Of a stretch of DNA of 64,000 nucleotides, positions 42,332 to 52,482 are shown one piece after another. Position numbers and translations under genes: made by a program. The DNA is from an uncultured archaeon (GTDB lineage: Archaea > Asgardarchaeota > Hermodarchaeia > Hermodarchaeales > Hermodarchaeaceae): positions 64,001-128,000 of the forward strand of contig CAYFXC010000002.1 in NCBI GenBank assembly GCA_964347045.1. Direction: 5' to 3'. Within the stretch, counting starts at the first letter, position 1; every line of letters starts with the position of its first letter. The notes under the pieces were generated by a model that was given only the letters and a program-made list of their open reading frames with translations, was not told where the DNA came from and did no database searches.

Positions 42332-43456
42332 TTAGAAAAAGAAGGTGTCTTGTTCGTCGTCTTCAGGCTCTTCAGGCTCTTCAGGCTCTTCAGGCTCTTC
42401 AGGCTCTTCAGGCTCTTCAGGCGCTTCAAGCTCTTCGGCTGGTGTGTCCGATGCTTCTTCAGAGGTTTCGGGCTCATCAAAAATAATGGGTTCTGATGGC
42501 GTTCTAGCCTCGTCAGGTGATTCTTTAATTTCAGATGGAGGTTCTAGCTCAGACTCAACTGAAGGTTTGAGTTCGGGAGCTTCTTCTAGCTCAGGAACTG
42601 GTGGAACCGGCGGATGAGCTGTGTCAGGTGGGGTTGGTTCTTCCAACTCTTCCTTTTCAAATGGTTTCTCTATTTCGACTCTTTCGGCATTTACACCTTC
42701 GTCTTCATCTTCAAATTCAACATATGGTGTAAGCGAGATTTGACCATTCTTGACCTTGAATAAGTATAGGTGGGGTTCATAGTCGATACCCCGCATTTTT
42801 TCAATTTGACACCCAATGTGCCATCCTTCCTCATCATAAATCTTATAGAGTGCGATGACGCCATCGACGATGTGTTCAAGACGGCGTATTTCTTCTTCAG
42901 CATGCGCATCTGGAACGATTGTGTACATGAGAATATTACCATGATTTTTCTGCGCATTCATTTGATGACGCACATAATTAATGACTTCATCCGGATCTCG
43001 AGCGGAATGCAAAATTGAGGTTAATGAATCAATCACACCCCGAACATTATCCTTAGGTTTCATTGCAAGAACGGCTTTTCGAATAACGTCATGAACATGC
43101 CGAGGATTCCCCAAGTCATGTACCATAAATCTACTTTCCGGTTTAAACTCGCCCCAACCAAAGGCGTCAGTGAACGCGTCAATTCCCACAAGGCTTTTCA
43201 CTTTTAACGCTTTGTCAACGTCAATGCCTTTTTTCTTTAATTGTTCATAAGGAAGACGAAGTGGATATTCAGTACAGAGAATGTATGCAAGCTCACCTTT
43301 CAGAAGTCCGGTGGCCAAAAAGTTGGAAACAAAAGCATCTGAACGTGTTCCTATGTCTACTTCTAACAAGATTACATAACCACGGGGAATGCCCCCACCC
43401 AATACATCATCAAGGACAGAAATGCCAATTGGTGTTTTATCTGTCATAGTCTCCAC
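42332..43456 (-). CDS. RAD55/KaiC-like protein, degenerate P-loop, acidic Pro/Glu tail
   Basis: TPIGISVLDDVLGGGIPRG, IDSLT, HIVDGVI, IEKMRG; Walker A position reads VDIGTRSD. Confidence 0.8.
   Translation of the reverse strand: METMTDKTPIGISVLDDVLGGGIPRGYVILLEVDIGTRSDAFVSNFLATGLLKGELAYILCTEYPLRLPYEQLKKKGIDVDKALKVKSLVGIDAFTDAFGWGEFKPESRFMVHDLGNPRHVHDVIRKAVLAMKPKDNVRGVIDSLTSILHSARDPDEVINYVRHQMNAQKNHGNILMYTIVPDAHAEEEIRRLEHIVDGVIALYKIYDEEGWHIGCQIEKMRGIDYEPHLYLFKVKNGQISLTPYVEFEDEDEGVNAERVEIEKPFEKEELEEPTPPDTAHPPVPPVPELEEAPELKPSVESELEPPSEIKESPDEARTPSEPIIFDEPETSEEASDTPAEELEAPEEPEEPEEPEEPEEPEEPEDDEQDTFFF
42360..42422. repeat. 9-bp tandem repeat (TCTTCAGGC)x7
   Basis: seven perfect copies encoding PEE repeats. 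Confidence 0.95.
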
Positions 43457-43588
43457 TAATTTGCTCGAAGACGATTCTATATGAAAAACGTTATGGTCTT
43501 TAATATTAGAGCCTTTTACAAGTAAATTTAATTAAGTCACTTACGCTAGTCAAATTGCAGCAAACATGTTTGCTGGAGGCTACAGATA

Positions 43589-43765
43589 ATGTCTAAACAG
43601 CATTTAACTTGCCCATTGTGTTCAAACACACGGTTTAGGAAAGAAGAAGGCCGTATGGACAGTAGATGGGGAATCACATCCCATAAAATCACACTCATGA
43701 TCTGTGACAATTGTAAATTTGTCATGCAATTTTCGAAAGGTCGTTCCATCTTCGATTTCGACTAA
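43589..43765 (+). CDS. small zinc-ribbon protein (58 aa, missing from ORF track)
   Basis: MSKQHLTCPLCSNTRFRKEEGRMDSRWGITSHKITLMICDNCKFVMQFSKGRSIFDFD; GGAGG SD at 43575. Confidence 0.8.
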   Translation: MSKQHLTCPLCSNTRFRKEEGRMDSRWGITSHKITLMICDNCKFVMQFSKGRSIFDFD

Positions 43766-44202
43766 GAATAATCCCGCGTATAGTGCTCAGGATCTTCCAC
43801 GATATTGTAGCGATTCCCATCAGGGTCTTCAAAACCAGCCATGAAGCCCCCCCAAGGCATCTCTTCAGGAAGCATATGAAAGCGGACCCCGCGGGCCTTC
43901 ATTTTCTTGTAGAACCCATTGATATCCTGTGTTTCAAAGGTGATTCCGGTACTTCGCCCAATTTGATTTAGTTGCCATTCATACATAATAGGATCCGCAT
44001 CAGTATTAGGTTCTACGAAGGCAATTTTTGCCCGTTCATCATCGGGACCTAATTCTACCCAACCAAACCGGGGAGCGTAGAGGACAACGGGGATTTCTAA
44101 AATATCACGGAAAAACTCAATCGACGATTCTTGACTTGAAACAAATACGCGAACCGTCCAAATCCGATGAATCGCATCCTTTGATCCTTGATTTGCCGTC
44201 AT
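43762..44202 (-). CDS. VOC/glyoxalase family protein
   Basis: FFRDILE, ITFET, EMPWGG, FEDPDGN. Confidence 0.88.
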   Translation of the reverse strand: MTANQGSKDAIHRIWTVRVFVSSQESSIEFFRDILEIPVVLYAPRFGWVELGPDDERAKIAFVEPNTDADPIMYEWQLNQIGRSTGITFETQDINGFYKKMKARGVRFHMLPEEMPWGGFMAGFEDPDGNRYNIVEDPEHYTRDYS

Positions 44203-44341
44203 GATATTACACCATATATGGCTGATGGTTTAGAAATCATAACTGTTACTCTATTCCATAGTCAGGAAAAATAATTTTTTATCTTAACAACCTCCAAAAA
44301 AAGACAGGAGAGGTTATGCACGCGTAGGCTTTCTCTTCTCC

Positions 44342-44599
44342 TTGTATCCCTCATCATGGAATAATTCTGACAAGTATCTATATGATCTATACATTTCAAA
44401 TGTGACAGCTTATGCTCCAATTAAGTCCTACTCTCAATCTGGAGCCGCATCCATGTGGCGTCGATTCTGGCAGGAGGAATTCTCTAATGCGGGAAGTATT
44501 TTCACAATCTTTGTAATTATTGCAGTTGTTATTGGCATTTATCTTAAGGTGACTCCGTCTCCACTAGATGACTCAGGAAAAAACGCGCATTCTGAATGA
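44342..44599 (+). CDS. possible small single-TM protein
   Basis: IFTIFVIIAVVIGIYL segment; start uncertain. Confidence 0.35.
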   Translation: MYPSSWNNSDKYLYDLYISNVTAYAPIKSYSQSGAASMWRRFWQEEFSNAGSIFTIFVIIAVVIGIYLKVTPSPLDDSGKNAHSE

Positions 44600-44732
44600 T
44601 GTTACAGATGCTTCCGATCAATCCTTTTAAATGCGAATTCGATGGTCGAACGAAATTCGCGCTACCATAAAGGCTTTTATACACTGATAACTGGAGTGCC
44701 GCTATAACCCTCACCACGAGGGAGGTTTAAAA

Positions 44733-45965
44733 TTGAATTTTGAATTTTCAAAAGAAGAGGAGCTCTTCCGAGATACTGTCCGGGAATTCGCCCAAAAAGA
44801 AATCCGTCCCTACACTCGGGAAATGGATGAGAAGGGTGAATTGCCAACAGGTCTTGTCAAGAAAATGGCGGATCTTGGTCTACTTGGCATCACGGTTCCT
44901 GAAAAATACGGCGGACCGGGTGGGAATTTCAAGCTTACATGTATCGCGGCGGAGGAACTCGCTAAAGCGGACCTCAGCATCGCGATTCCCGTCTTTTACC
45001 TCGTCGAAGCCAGCTGGGCGTGGGTCTTTGCTCGTTACGGAACCGAGGAAGCAAAACAAGAGATTCTTCCAAAGGTCTGTAAAGGCGAGTATTTCTTTGG
45101 AATTGCAACAACCGAACCAGGTGGAGGCAGCGACATCGTTGGGGCAACCAAGACGACAATTGAAGAGAAAGATGACAAGTACGTTGTTAACGGTGAAAAA
45201 GTTTACATCAGCGGTGTTCGTGAATCGATGACAGCGATGCAAGGACGGTACTTCACCTTGGCTTACTTGGACAAGAAAGCTAAACCTAAACATCGTGGAC
45301 TTGCCGCATTCATACTTCCCGTCGAAAAGGATACCCCAGGTCTTACTCCCACGCTCTTTGAAGATTGGGGACGTATGGGTATAAGCACGGGTGGCTTTGC
45401 GATGGAAAACGTGGAAATACCCAAACACTGGCTCATCGGAGACCCGCAACGTGGCTTCGTATACTCCATGGAAGGTTTTTCCGCTGCACGTGTCATCATC
45501 GCCGCCACCTGTGTTGGCGCAGCTTTGGGAGGACTTGATATCGGCATGGACTACATCAAACAACGCAAAGCCTTCGGTAAAGAACTTGGAAAATATGAAG
45601 GCATCAGCTTCCCCCTCGCCGATTGGTACAGCCGCCTAATGGGAGACCGCCTTGTCATGTATCAAGCGGCATGGATGATGGACCAAATGTATGCAGGCAA
45701 CGAAAAATACAACCATTTCGACGTCGCCCTCTGGACCGCCATGGCCAAACTACGCGCTCCCATCGATGCATTCGCCATCCTCAACGAAGTCGCCGATTGG
45801 CACGGAGCATTTGGTTACACCAAAGAATGCGAATTAGATCTTGGCATCCGCGGTGTTCGAAGCTATTCAATTGGTGCGGAAGGCGGCATGAACATCATGC
45901 GGCTCATCATTGGTCGTGAACTCCTCGGAAAAGAGTTTGTACCTTACGATCGACCTAAAGAATAA
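44733..45965 (+). CDS. acyl-CoA dehydrogenase
   Basis: VPEKYGG, TTEPGGGSD, NGEKVYIS, RKAFG, HGAFGY, GAEG. Confidence 0.95.
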   Translation: MNFEFSKEEELFRDTVREFAQKEIRPYTREMDEKGELPTGLVKKMADLGLLGITVPEKYGGPGGNFKLTCIAAEELAKADLSIAIPVFYLVEASWAWVFARYGTEEAKQEILPKVCKGEYFFGIATTEPGGGSDIVGATKTTIEEKDDKYVVNGEKVYISGVRESMTAMQGRYFTLAYLDKKAKPKHRGLAAFILPVEKDTPGLTPTLFEDWGRMGISTGGFAMENVEIPKHWLIGDPQRGFVYSMEGFSAARVIIAATCVGAALGGLDIGMDYIKQRKAFGKELGKYEGISFPLADWYSRLMGDRLVMYQAAWMMDQMYAGNEKYNHFDVALWTAMAKLRAPIDAFAILNEVADWHGAFGYTKECELDLGIRGVRSYSIGAEGGMNIMRLIIGRELLGKEFVPYDRPKE

Positions 45966-45975
45966 CTGATATCGT

Positions 45976-46013
45976 GTGAGTGTAGAATTCTCTACACTCC
46001 TCACCTCTTTTTT
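45976..46013 (+). terminator. hairpin + T-tract after acyl-CoA dehydrogenase
   Basis: GAGTGTAGA-attc-TCTACACTC then TTTTTT. Confidence 0.6.
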
Positions 46014-46124
46014 AAAAATGTATATAAAAGATAAGAGTAAAGGCGGACCATGGGTTGTCTAGGAGTGCACCAGAGGCCCGACCACACCGGTAGTCGAACC
46101 TCAGGTCCCGTCTTCCACCCATCC

Positions 46125-46268
46125 TCAACGAATGATTAGCCCAAGTGCCTGTTCAAGGCGTGGACCTGCGCGGGGATTAGTTCGACAACCAGCAAATAAT
46201 CGCTGTGCATTGGACATGCGAGCGACATTAGCGTAAAGACGAAGTTTCCGACCAATTTGTGTCTGCAT
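46125..46268 (-). CDS. unannotated small basic peptide, paralog A (47 aa)
   Basis: MQTQIGRKLRLYANVARMSNAQRLFAGCRTNPRAGPRLEQALGLIIR; GGAGGT SD; homologous to peptides at 52483 and 52982. Confidence 0.75.
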   Translation of the reverse strand: MQTQIGRKLRLYANVARMSNAQRLFAGCRTNPRAGPRLEQALGLIIR

Positions 46269-46320
46269 ATTGTGTTTACCTCCAAGATTGTGCTTGGTGA
46301 AAACAGCGTACGCAGAATTA

Positions 46321-46339
46321 GATATGAATCGATGGGAGC
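46321..46339 (-). promoter_or_regulatory. conserved upstream motif GCTCCCATCGATTCATATC
   Basis: 11-bp core identical upstream of all three peptide genes. Confidence 0.7.
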
Positions 46340-46943
46340 TTCACAGTACAAGAACATGCAAAAAACGACGCATTTGCGTGTAATTTTGCACAAGATGGTA
46401 CAAACTTCCGTAAAGGCATCGATAACTAATATGTCTCTGCTTCGGGTAATCCTAACCACAGCTGCCTTCGAAATTCCGCACCCACCTGACGAAATTCGGG
46501 AAGATTGAGAAAAATCATTTTCTTTCGGTGATGAACACTCAGCAAGATTTACGTTAGGATATTATTTCTCCGAAAATAGAAAACCCTGCTAAAGAGTCGC
46601 AAATACTGATGCATCCGGTCAAGGGGGCTATAAAGGTTTACAGTGAAGCCACCGATGGTTTCGGCCCATTGGGCGTCATTGTCGATCTTTCCTTCCGTGA
46701 GATATGCCGGTGAAATGAGTAAAATATCCGCAGGCATAGTTATCGACTACTAGATTCAATAGAATTAGACTAAGTTTTGTAATTTATGGAATAACTGTTT
46801 GCTTGAATAAGCGAGAAAAGTGTTGTCTGCAACTATTAACCAAAAAAGAATTGGAGAGTTGATTTGAGGTTTTGCATCTGCAAAGGAATGCGAACACTTT
46901 TCTATATCCTTAGGTCGATAAGTGGGCGGAGGGATTTGCGATT

Positions 46944-47117
46944 ATGATGCTACAATGGCCAACCTGGACTTTTACAGATTGGCCACTTGGTGACATTCCT
47001 ACTATTACACAAGCTATCGTAGTTATTCTCGTTATCGCCATCTTCATTATTGAGATTTACCGGCTCTGGAGATGCGATAATTGGTGTAGAAAGAAGAGAA
47101 GAGCTACTAGCGAATAG
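46944..47117 (+). CDS. small single-pass membrane protein (57 aa, missing from ORF track)
   Basis: MMLQWPTWTFTDWPLGDIPTITQAIVVILVIAIFIIEIYRLWRCDNWCRKKRRATSE; GGAGG upstream; TM followed by basic cluster. Confidence 0.6.
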   Translation: MMLQWPTWTFTDWPLGDIPTITQAIVVILVIAIFIIEIYRLWRCDNWCRKKRRATSE

Positions 47118-47323
47118 CAATTCATCTACAATCACAATGCCCTCTTCCCCCCTTTTTTGGAACCCGCAAGCACTTTTGAAACGAAATTCGTTACCATGAA
47201 ACTTTAGTCAGTTATTTTAGAGGGTGAAAATCGTGAATGACACCACGCATAGGCATATATATTAATATTTAATGCCTTTAGGAATTGCTTGTTTAACTCA
47301 CATGGAGTTTGGAAGGGAGTTCA

Positions 47324-49075
47324 ATGCCAGTAAGAAAAAAAGATGAATTTGAAGAACAATTTATGAGTGCCATTGTGACAATCAAATCAAAGAATAAAGA
47401 TAAGTCTCTGTTGAAAAAAGAGACGAAGGATCAAAACTTCGAACAATTTGAACCCAAAGCAGGGAAAATTGACGCTGTAGCGAAATTGCTAGAAGCAAAA
47501 GGGTTTAAGGTCCTAGCAAAAGGCCATTTCAGCATAAGCATTGCAGCATCCATTAGTCATTTTAAGAAAACCCTTGGTGCTGAATTTGAACTGAGAAAGC
47601 AACCGGCATATGGTGCATTTGGGACTCAATTGATGGGAGTTGTTCGCCCAAAAAGTTTCTATATTGCAGCTAAAAGCCCAATCGATCCAAAGCCACTGGG
47701 AAAGGATATCCTTCATATTTCAATCGGAAGACCCTATCCTGTCTTTGGGCTAGTATCTGCTGTACCTCCAAGTCCAGATTATCCTCACCTAAAGATTCCA
47801 AATGATATTCGACGTCTTTTAGGGGTTGAAGGCGTCAGTTATACAGGCAAAGGCGTTCATGTGGTAATGATTGATACTGGATTTTGGCAACCGCGAGTTG
47901 ATGCGATATGCTCGAAACCATTTCATGAATACTATAATGCAAATTTATCTCAAACGGTGCAAAGTCAAATTCGAGTTGAAAAAGTGAAATGGTGGTATGA
48001 TGACCTGCTTGATTTGGGAGGACATGGAACTGCAATGGCATCAGGATTATTTGCGGTGGCACCTGGAATTCAGTTCACAATGGTGAAAGCGGGTGGTCTT
48101 GAATTCGATTGGCCGGGAATGTTTATACACGGAGGCATCTATCTTTATGAAGGCTTTTTAAAAGTGCGAGAACTTGAGCCCGACATCATAGTCTTGTGTA
48201 CAGGCGCGCCAGAAGAGTGGATTATCAATGACCCAGAGCAACAGGCTCTAAAGGAAATGATAGAAGCTGAAATAGTTAGAGAGTTAAATCGGGGAACAGT
48301 TATCGTTGCAGCTACCGGAAATATGGATCAGACAGATGCAAATTTACCAAACCATGCACCGCTATCTTGGCCTTCATCTCATCCTGATGTCATTGCAGTT
48401 GGTGGAGCCTATCCTGAAACACCAGCTTCACCACCGTGGGTGGCTTCTGACGTAGCATCTAGTGGTAATTCAGGAATACATAGTGGACGAACAATTCCTG
48501 ATGTGTGTGGAATTTGTGGACCCACAATAATTGAAGACCGTGGTCAGCAAGGGAGAATTAGATATCCTGCGCCATATATTACAATGCCAACTCAATGGGC
48601 TGCTATCCCAGCTGATTTACACAGCGCTTTAGGTCAAACAGCTTTTGATGCTTGGCTCATTGCCAACGGCACGTCTTGTGCGGCCCCCATGGTCGCTGGT
48701 GTAGTGGCTCTCATGCTAGAAAAGGTAGGAGATAGATCAATTTTCGATCCTACGAGGCTCTCAGCTAAACTAAAAGATTTATTTAGATTGCCTGGGAGCC
48801 AAAGCGGTTGGCATTCTGCTAGCGTTCTCCGACCACGCTTGATAAAGAAGGTGCTAAAGCAAACAGCCATTGACGTTGGGATGGGAATGAGTGCGAATAA
48901 TCATCAAGCAATACCTAATTCCCATGACTTAGCTACTGGAGCAGGTGTTGTGAATGCTACTGCTGCCCTTGCGGCTGTAAATCCTAATGAGGTTAAGACA
49001 ATCATAATGCGAAAAGGGATTTCCATGTCCGATTATGCTGGTCAGCAATTTAAACCAGATTCCTTTTTTCCCTAA
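47324..49075 (+). CDS. S8 subtilisin-like serine protease, no signal peptide
   Basis: triad IDTG / GHGT / GTSCAAPMVAG, oxyanion AATGN; charged N-terminal pro-region. Confidence 0.9.
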   Translation: MPVRKKDEFEEQFMSAIVTIKSKNKDKSLLKKETKDQNFEQFEPKAGKIDAVAKLLEAKGFKVLAKGHFSISIAASISHFKKTLGAEFELRKQPAYGAFGTQLMGVVRPKSFYIAAKSPIDPKPLGKDILHISIGRPYPVFGLVSAVPPSPDYPHLKIPNDIRRLLGVEGVSYTGKGVHVVMIDTGFWQPRVDAICSKPFHEYYNANLSQTVQSQIRVEKVKWWYDDLLDLGGHGTAMASGLFAVAPGIQFTMVKAGGLEFDWPGMFIHGGIYLYEGFLKVRELEPDIIVLCTGAPEEWIINDPEQQALKEMIEAEIVRELNRGTVIVAATGNMDQTDANLPNHAPLSWPSSHPDVIAVGGAYPETPASPPWVASDVASSGNSGIHSGRTIPDVCGICGPTIIEDRGQQGRIRYPAPYITMPTQWAAIPADLHSALGQTAFDAWLIANGTSCAAPMVAGVVALMLEKVGDRSIFDPTRLSAKLKDLFRLPGSQSGWHSASVLRPRLIKKVLKQTAIDVGMGMSANNHQAIPNSHDLATGAGVVNATAALAAVNPNEVKTIIMRKGISMSDYAGQQFKPDSFFP

Positions 49076-49272
49076 TTCCACCAATTGTAAAAAAGTATCA
49101 TAGTAAAACTTGATTTTACAAAAAAGCGAGTCTATCACATGGAAGGTCTCAATCCTATCAATTAGTTTTGTCTAATCCTCCTTTATGTGGAGGGTTTCTA
49201 ATTTCTAAAAGTGGAAACTGTTGAGTAAACTTGATAATCAGATGAAGCCCATTGATAATTGAGAAGGCGATA

Positions 49273-50244
49273 ATGGATCTCATTGATAAACGTATCATAT
49301 TCGAACTACTGATTAATTACCGTACCTCGTATCAAGCCATCGCAAAAAAACTCGACCTATCTGTTAACGCTGTGAAGAAACGTTTCGAGAAGTTAAAAAG
49401 TGTGGGAATTATCCGTGGAGGTTCTCTGGTACCTTTACCTGTGATGAAAGGAACAGAAGATTGGATGGCAATATTGCGATTAAAAGAGTCTGGTGCCTCC
49501 GATGACCTTCTGGATAGCATTGGATCTCATTTATTAGTTCAATCCGGAAGTATCTTGACAGATGGAAGCATTCTCTGTTTCGGCCATTATAGTGGAGCAC
49601 AGGATCTTCAGGAGATAGGAACATTTCTGCGTCAAGTTAAGGGTGTGACATCAGTTGAATTTCATACAATTCTGAATGCCTTAGGAAAGAAGTGTGACTT
49701 AGATGATTCAGATTTGAAAGTGCTTCGTTGTCTTCGAGAAGAACCACGAATCTCAATAAGCAAAATTACTAGGAAAACAGGTATTACTCCTCGTCGAGTA
49801 AGTCAGATTCTGAAAAAATTGATAGGAGAGAATGGAGCAGAGCCTACTTTCTATGTAAATTGGGAACCACAGGGAGGAACACAACCTGATGAAGTCAGTT
49901 TCTTAATGAGAGTTCATTGGAATCTAAATGCTGGCGGTTATACTGCCTTTATTGTTCAAATTCGTCATAAAGAAGGCATAGAAGAAGGTAAAAGAATTAC
50001 TGATATTCTGACGGCTAATTATCCATTCGAGTTTTGGTATGCATATGCTTCAGCATTTGAGCCCGTGATTTTCTGTATATTCCTCGTTGAACACATTCAT
50101 GATTCGATTGATATCATTAACATGATTAAACAAGTTCCGGAGGCGATTGACGTATATCCAATCTTTGGATATCCAACAAGAGTCTTTCGTAGTCAGGTTG
50201 ATGATTACTTTGAAAGAATCTTCAAACAGCTAGATTTTCCTTGA
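49273..50244 (+). CDS. double Lrp/AsnC-type HTH regulator
   Basis: IDKRIIFEL..NYRTSYQAIAKKL and DLKVLRCLREEPRISIS, each followed by RAM-like domain. Confidence 0.85.
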   Translation: MDLIDKRIIFELLINYRTSYQAIAKKLDLSVNAVKKRFEKLKSVGIIRGGSLVPLPVMKGTEDWMAILRLKESGASDDLLDSIGSHLLVQSGSILTDGSILCFGHYSGAQDLQEIGTFLRQVKGVTSVEFHTILNALGKKCDLDDSDLKVLRCLREEPRISISKITRKTGITPRRVSQILKKLIGENGAEPTFYVNWEPQGGTQPDEVSFLMRVHWNLNAGGYTAFIVQIRHKEGIEEGKRITDILTANYPFEFWYAYASAFEPVIFCIFLVEHIHDSIDIINMIKQVPEAIDVYPIFGYPTRVFRSQVDDYFERIFKQLDFP

Positions 50245-50452
50245 AGAGTTTTATGAATAATGCTAATTACAATTGAAAATTTCAGACAGGTTTAACACGC
50301 GTACAACATTTGCTTTGTGTTCATATTTTTATGTGACCTTTGTATAGTAGGTGTGGATTCGGACCTTTCATACGCTGCGTGGGTGGTGCGGTGATGGTTT
50401 CACGACTCCATCTACTATCGATGGCAACCTAGAGTATCTAGGCGTGGTAGAT

Positions 50453-51424
50453 ATGGACGAAATTGATAAGAATATTCTTTTTGAGCTTTCTGTTAACTAT
50501 AGGGCTTCTTATCAGACTATGGCTAAAAAGTTGAATCTTTCCGTTAATGCAATCAAGAAACGAGTTCAAAAACTTAAAGATGATGGAGTAATTCGTGGGG
50601 GGGTGTTGATTCCCTCGAATGCTATGTTGGGTATGGAAGATTGGGTCGCACTTTTACGTACCGAAGATCCGATTCCCTCTGACTCTTTCTTAGATAGTCT
50701 GGGAGAGCATGAGTACGTCAATTCTGCAAGCATTTTAACGGATGGAAGCGTTCTCTGCTTCGGGAATTATCCAGGGGCTCAAGGCCTTGAGGAAATTGGA
50801 ATGTATTTGCGAAGGACACCGGGCGTGTTATCCGTGGAGTTTCATACGATTCTAACTGAACAAGGAAAAAAATGTGAGTTATCTTTATCAGAGTTGAAGG
50901 TCCTCCAATGTTTGCGTCAAGAACCACGAATGTCTATTAGTGATTTAGCTGAGAAAACACGTCTTACCCCTCGGCGCATTCGAAAAATTATCCAAAAATT
51001 GCTAGGTGAAAATGGATCTGAACCAGGTTATTATATCGAATGGGAGCCAAGAGGCGGAAGCCGAGCTAGTGAAGTAAGTTTTAGGTTAAACGTACATTGG
51101 GATTTGAATGCCGGAGGGCATACTGCATTCGTTATTATTATCTGCCATGAGGAGGGCGTTGAATCACGGTCCAAGATTGTAAAGGTGCTCAGAGAACAGT
51201 ATCCTGTGAAATTCTGGTACGCGTATGCATCAGCCTTTGAGCCGGTCTTTTTCAGTGTCTTTGTGGTCGAGCACATGCGTGAAGCAAGCCAAATTATTGA
51301 AACGCTGCGACGGACTCCAGAAGTAATCTCAGCTAATGCAATCTATGGGTATCCTACTAAGGCATTTCTAAGCCCAATTGACAAGTATTTTATGCAGCTT
51401 TTCAAAAGGCTTGAAAGTGAATAA
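50453..51424 (+). CDS. double Lrp/AsnC-type HTH regulator (tandem paralog)
   Basis: same architecture, shared blocks SILTDGS.LCFG, FWYAYASAFEP. Confidence 0.85.
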   Translation: MDEIDKNILFELSVNYRASYQTMAKKLNLSVNAIKKRVQKLKDDGVIRGGVLIPSNAMLGMEDWVALLRTEDPIPSDSFLDSLGEHEYVNSASILTDGSVLCFGNYPGAQGLEEIGMYLRRTPGVLSVEFHTILTEQGKKCELSLSELKVLQCLRQEPRMSISDLAEKTRLTPRRIRKIIQKLLGENGSEPGYYIEWEPRGGSRASEVSFRLNVHWDLNAGGHTAFVIIICHEEGVESRSKIVKVLREQYPVKFWYAYASAFEPVFFSVFVVEHMREASQIIETLRRTPEVISANAIYGYPTKAFLSPIDKYFMQLFKRLESE

Positions 51425-51450
51425 TTAACCTTTGACACCCACCAATCTGT

Positions 51451-52206
51451 TTAATGATGTTTTGATTTGCGGTAGCACCCATAACCAAATGCACTCCCGA
51501 GAACAAATGGAACCAGAAGCAAAATTGTTAATCCTATGGTTTGGAGGACTTGTTGGGATTGTTCTTCTACGGAGAAAATTCCAAGGCGTCCGAGATTGTT
51601 GGTCGTGAGTTCCCTTGTGAATTTGTAGGTATAGATAGCATGTTGAGATGCTAAGAGTTCACTGGTATGCTTGATAAGGATACCCTGGGAGTGGTGGAAG
51701 TGCCAGATTTCTCTGGAGAGTTGGTAATCGTCGTCAATTGAGAGCCAGGCAACTGAACTGGCCAGCCAACAGAGATAAGTGCCTGAAGATACGTGAGTGT
51801 ACTCAGATGAGAGGTGAAACTCACCAGAGTAGGTTGGCACTTGGATTGTATCTCCAAGATGCCATAATGAGGTGTCAACCCATAAAGGAGGTTGGAGTAC
51901 CTGATCTGTTGCAGAGCCATTGCTCAATAAAATATTCCATGTGGAGATATCGACAGAGAGTAACTGGTGTGTTGAATACTCTTCAGTGGATGAGAAATTT
52001 ACAATAAGAACGGATTCGCCAAGTTCAGGAGCCCATCGAATGATTTCGTAGCGTTCATTCCATGCATTAAAGGCATCATCAGTGATGTGATAGGTAAGTA
52101 TGAGGTCAACGGGAAAGGGCGTAGAAGCTGATTTTACGGGAAAGAAAAAACACGGGAGAATAGGAAGGCATAGAAACAAGATTATTGTTTTGCATTGACT
52201 TTTCAT
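51451..52206 (-). CDS. exported protein with signal peptide and C-terminal TM anchor
   Basis: MKSQCKTIILFLCLPILPCFFFPVKSA; C-term TM then YRKSKHH; start reassigned. Confidence 0.7.
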   Translation of the reverse strand: MKSQCKTIILFLCLPILPCFFFPVKSASTPFPVDLILTYHITDDAFNAWNERYEIIRWAPELGESVLIVNFSSTEEYSTHQLLSVDISTWNILLSNGSATDQVLQPPLWVDTSLWHLGDTIQVPTYSGEFHLSSEYTHVSSGTYLCWLASSVAWLSIDDDYQLSREIWHFHHSQGILIKHTSELLASQHAIYTYKFTRELTTNNLGRLGIFSVEEQSQQVLQTIGLTILLLVPFVLGSAFGYGCYRKSKHH

Positions 52207-52294
52207 CGTGAAGCCATTGGTTGTGTGGAATTGAAGCCCAAATAGCTTATCCTTTGAAGAAAAATGCCATTTCTTCAAAAAACCAAAAAAAATC

Positions 52295-52420
52295 CGCCGG
52301 GTCTTCATCGTTCCTTCCCCTCCATTTTGGCACTTCCCGGTCCAAGTTTGTATGGGTGGCATTGGACCTTTTTGGACAACGGATCCGGAGTTGTTGTCCG
52401 GTTACCGTGAAGACCCGGCG
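52295..52420 (-). other. structured 3' RNA element of peptide gene B1
   Basis: perfect 13-bp closing helix CGCCGGGTCTTCA/TGAAGACCCGGCG enclosing GGACAAC/GTTGTCC and GGTCCAA/TTGGACC hairpins, followed by T-tracts on minus strand. Confidence 0.65.
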
Positions 52421-52482
52421 TCAGTCAGCGTCCAAGGTCCGCGTCCCTGGTGTTGCAATGTCAATACCTGTTGTAAGCGTGA

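Noticed and set aside
42360-42422. CRISPR-like repeat
   Set aside because: Spacer-less 9-bp coding tandem repeat; no cas genes
45756-45767. Fourth copy of GCTCCCATCGAT
   Set aside because: Inside the acyl-CoA dehydrogenase CDS (RAPID), opposite orientation, no peptide ORF noted downstream; likely chance
46100-46127. Selenocysteine readthrough of peptide A TGA
   Set aside because: Paralogs stop at the equivalent position with TAA and TAG
46040-46760. tRNA (GGTTCGACT), 5S rRNA or group I intron look-alikes
   Set aside because: T-arm does not pair, no cloverleaf, no complete P/Q/R/S set, no host gene
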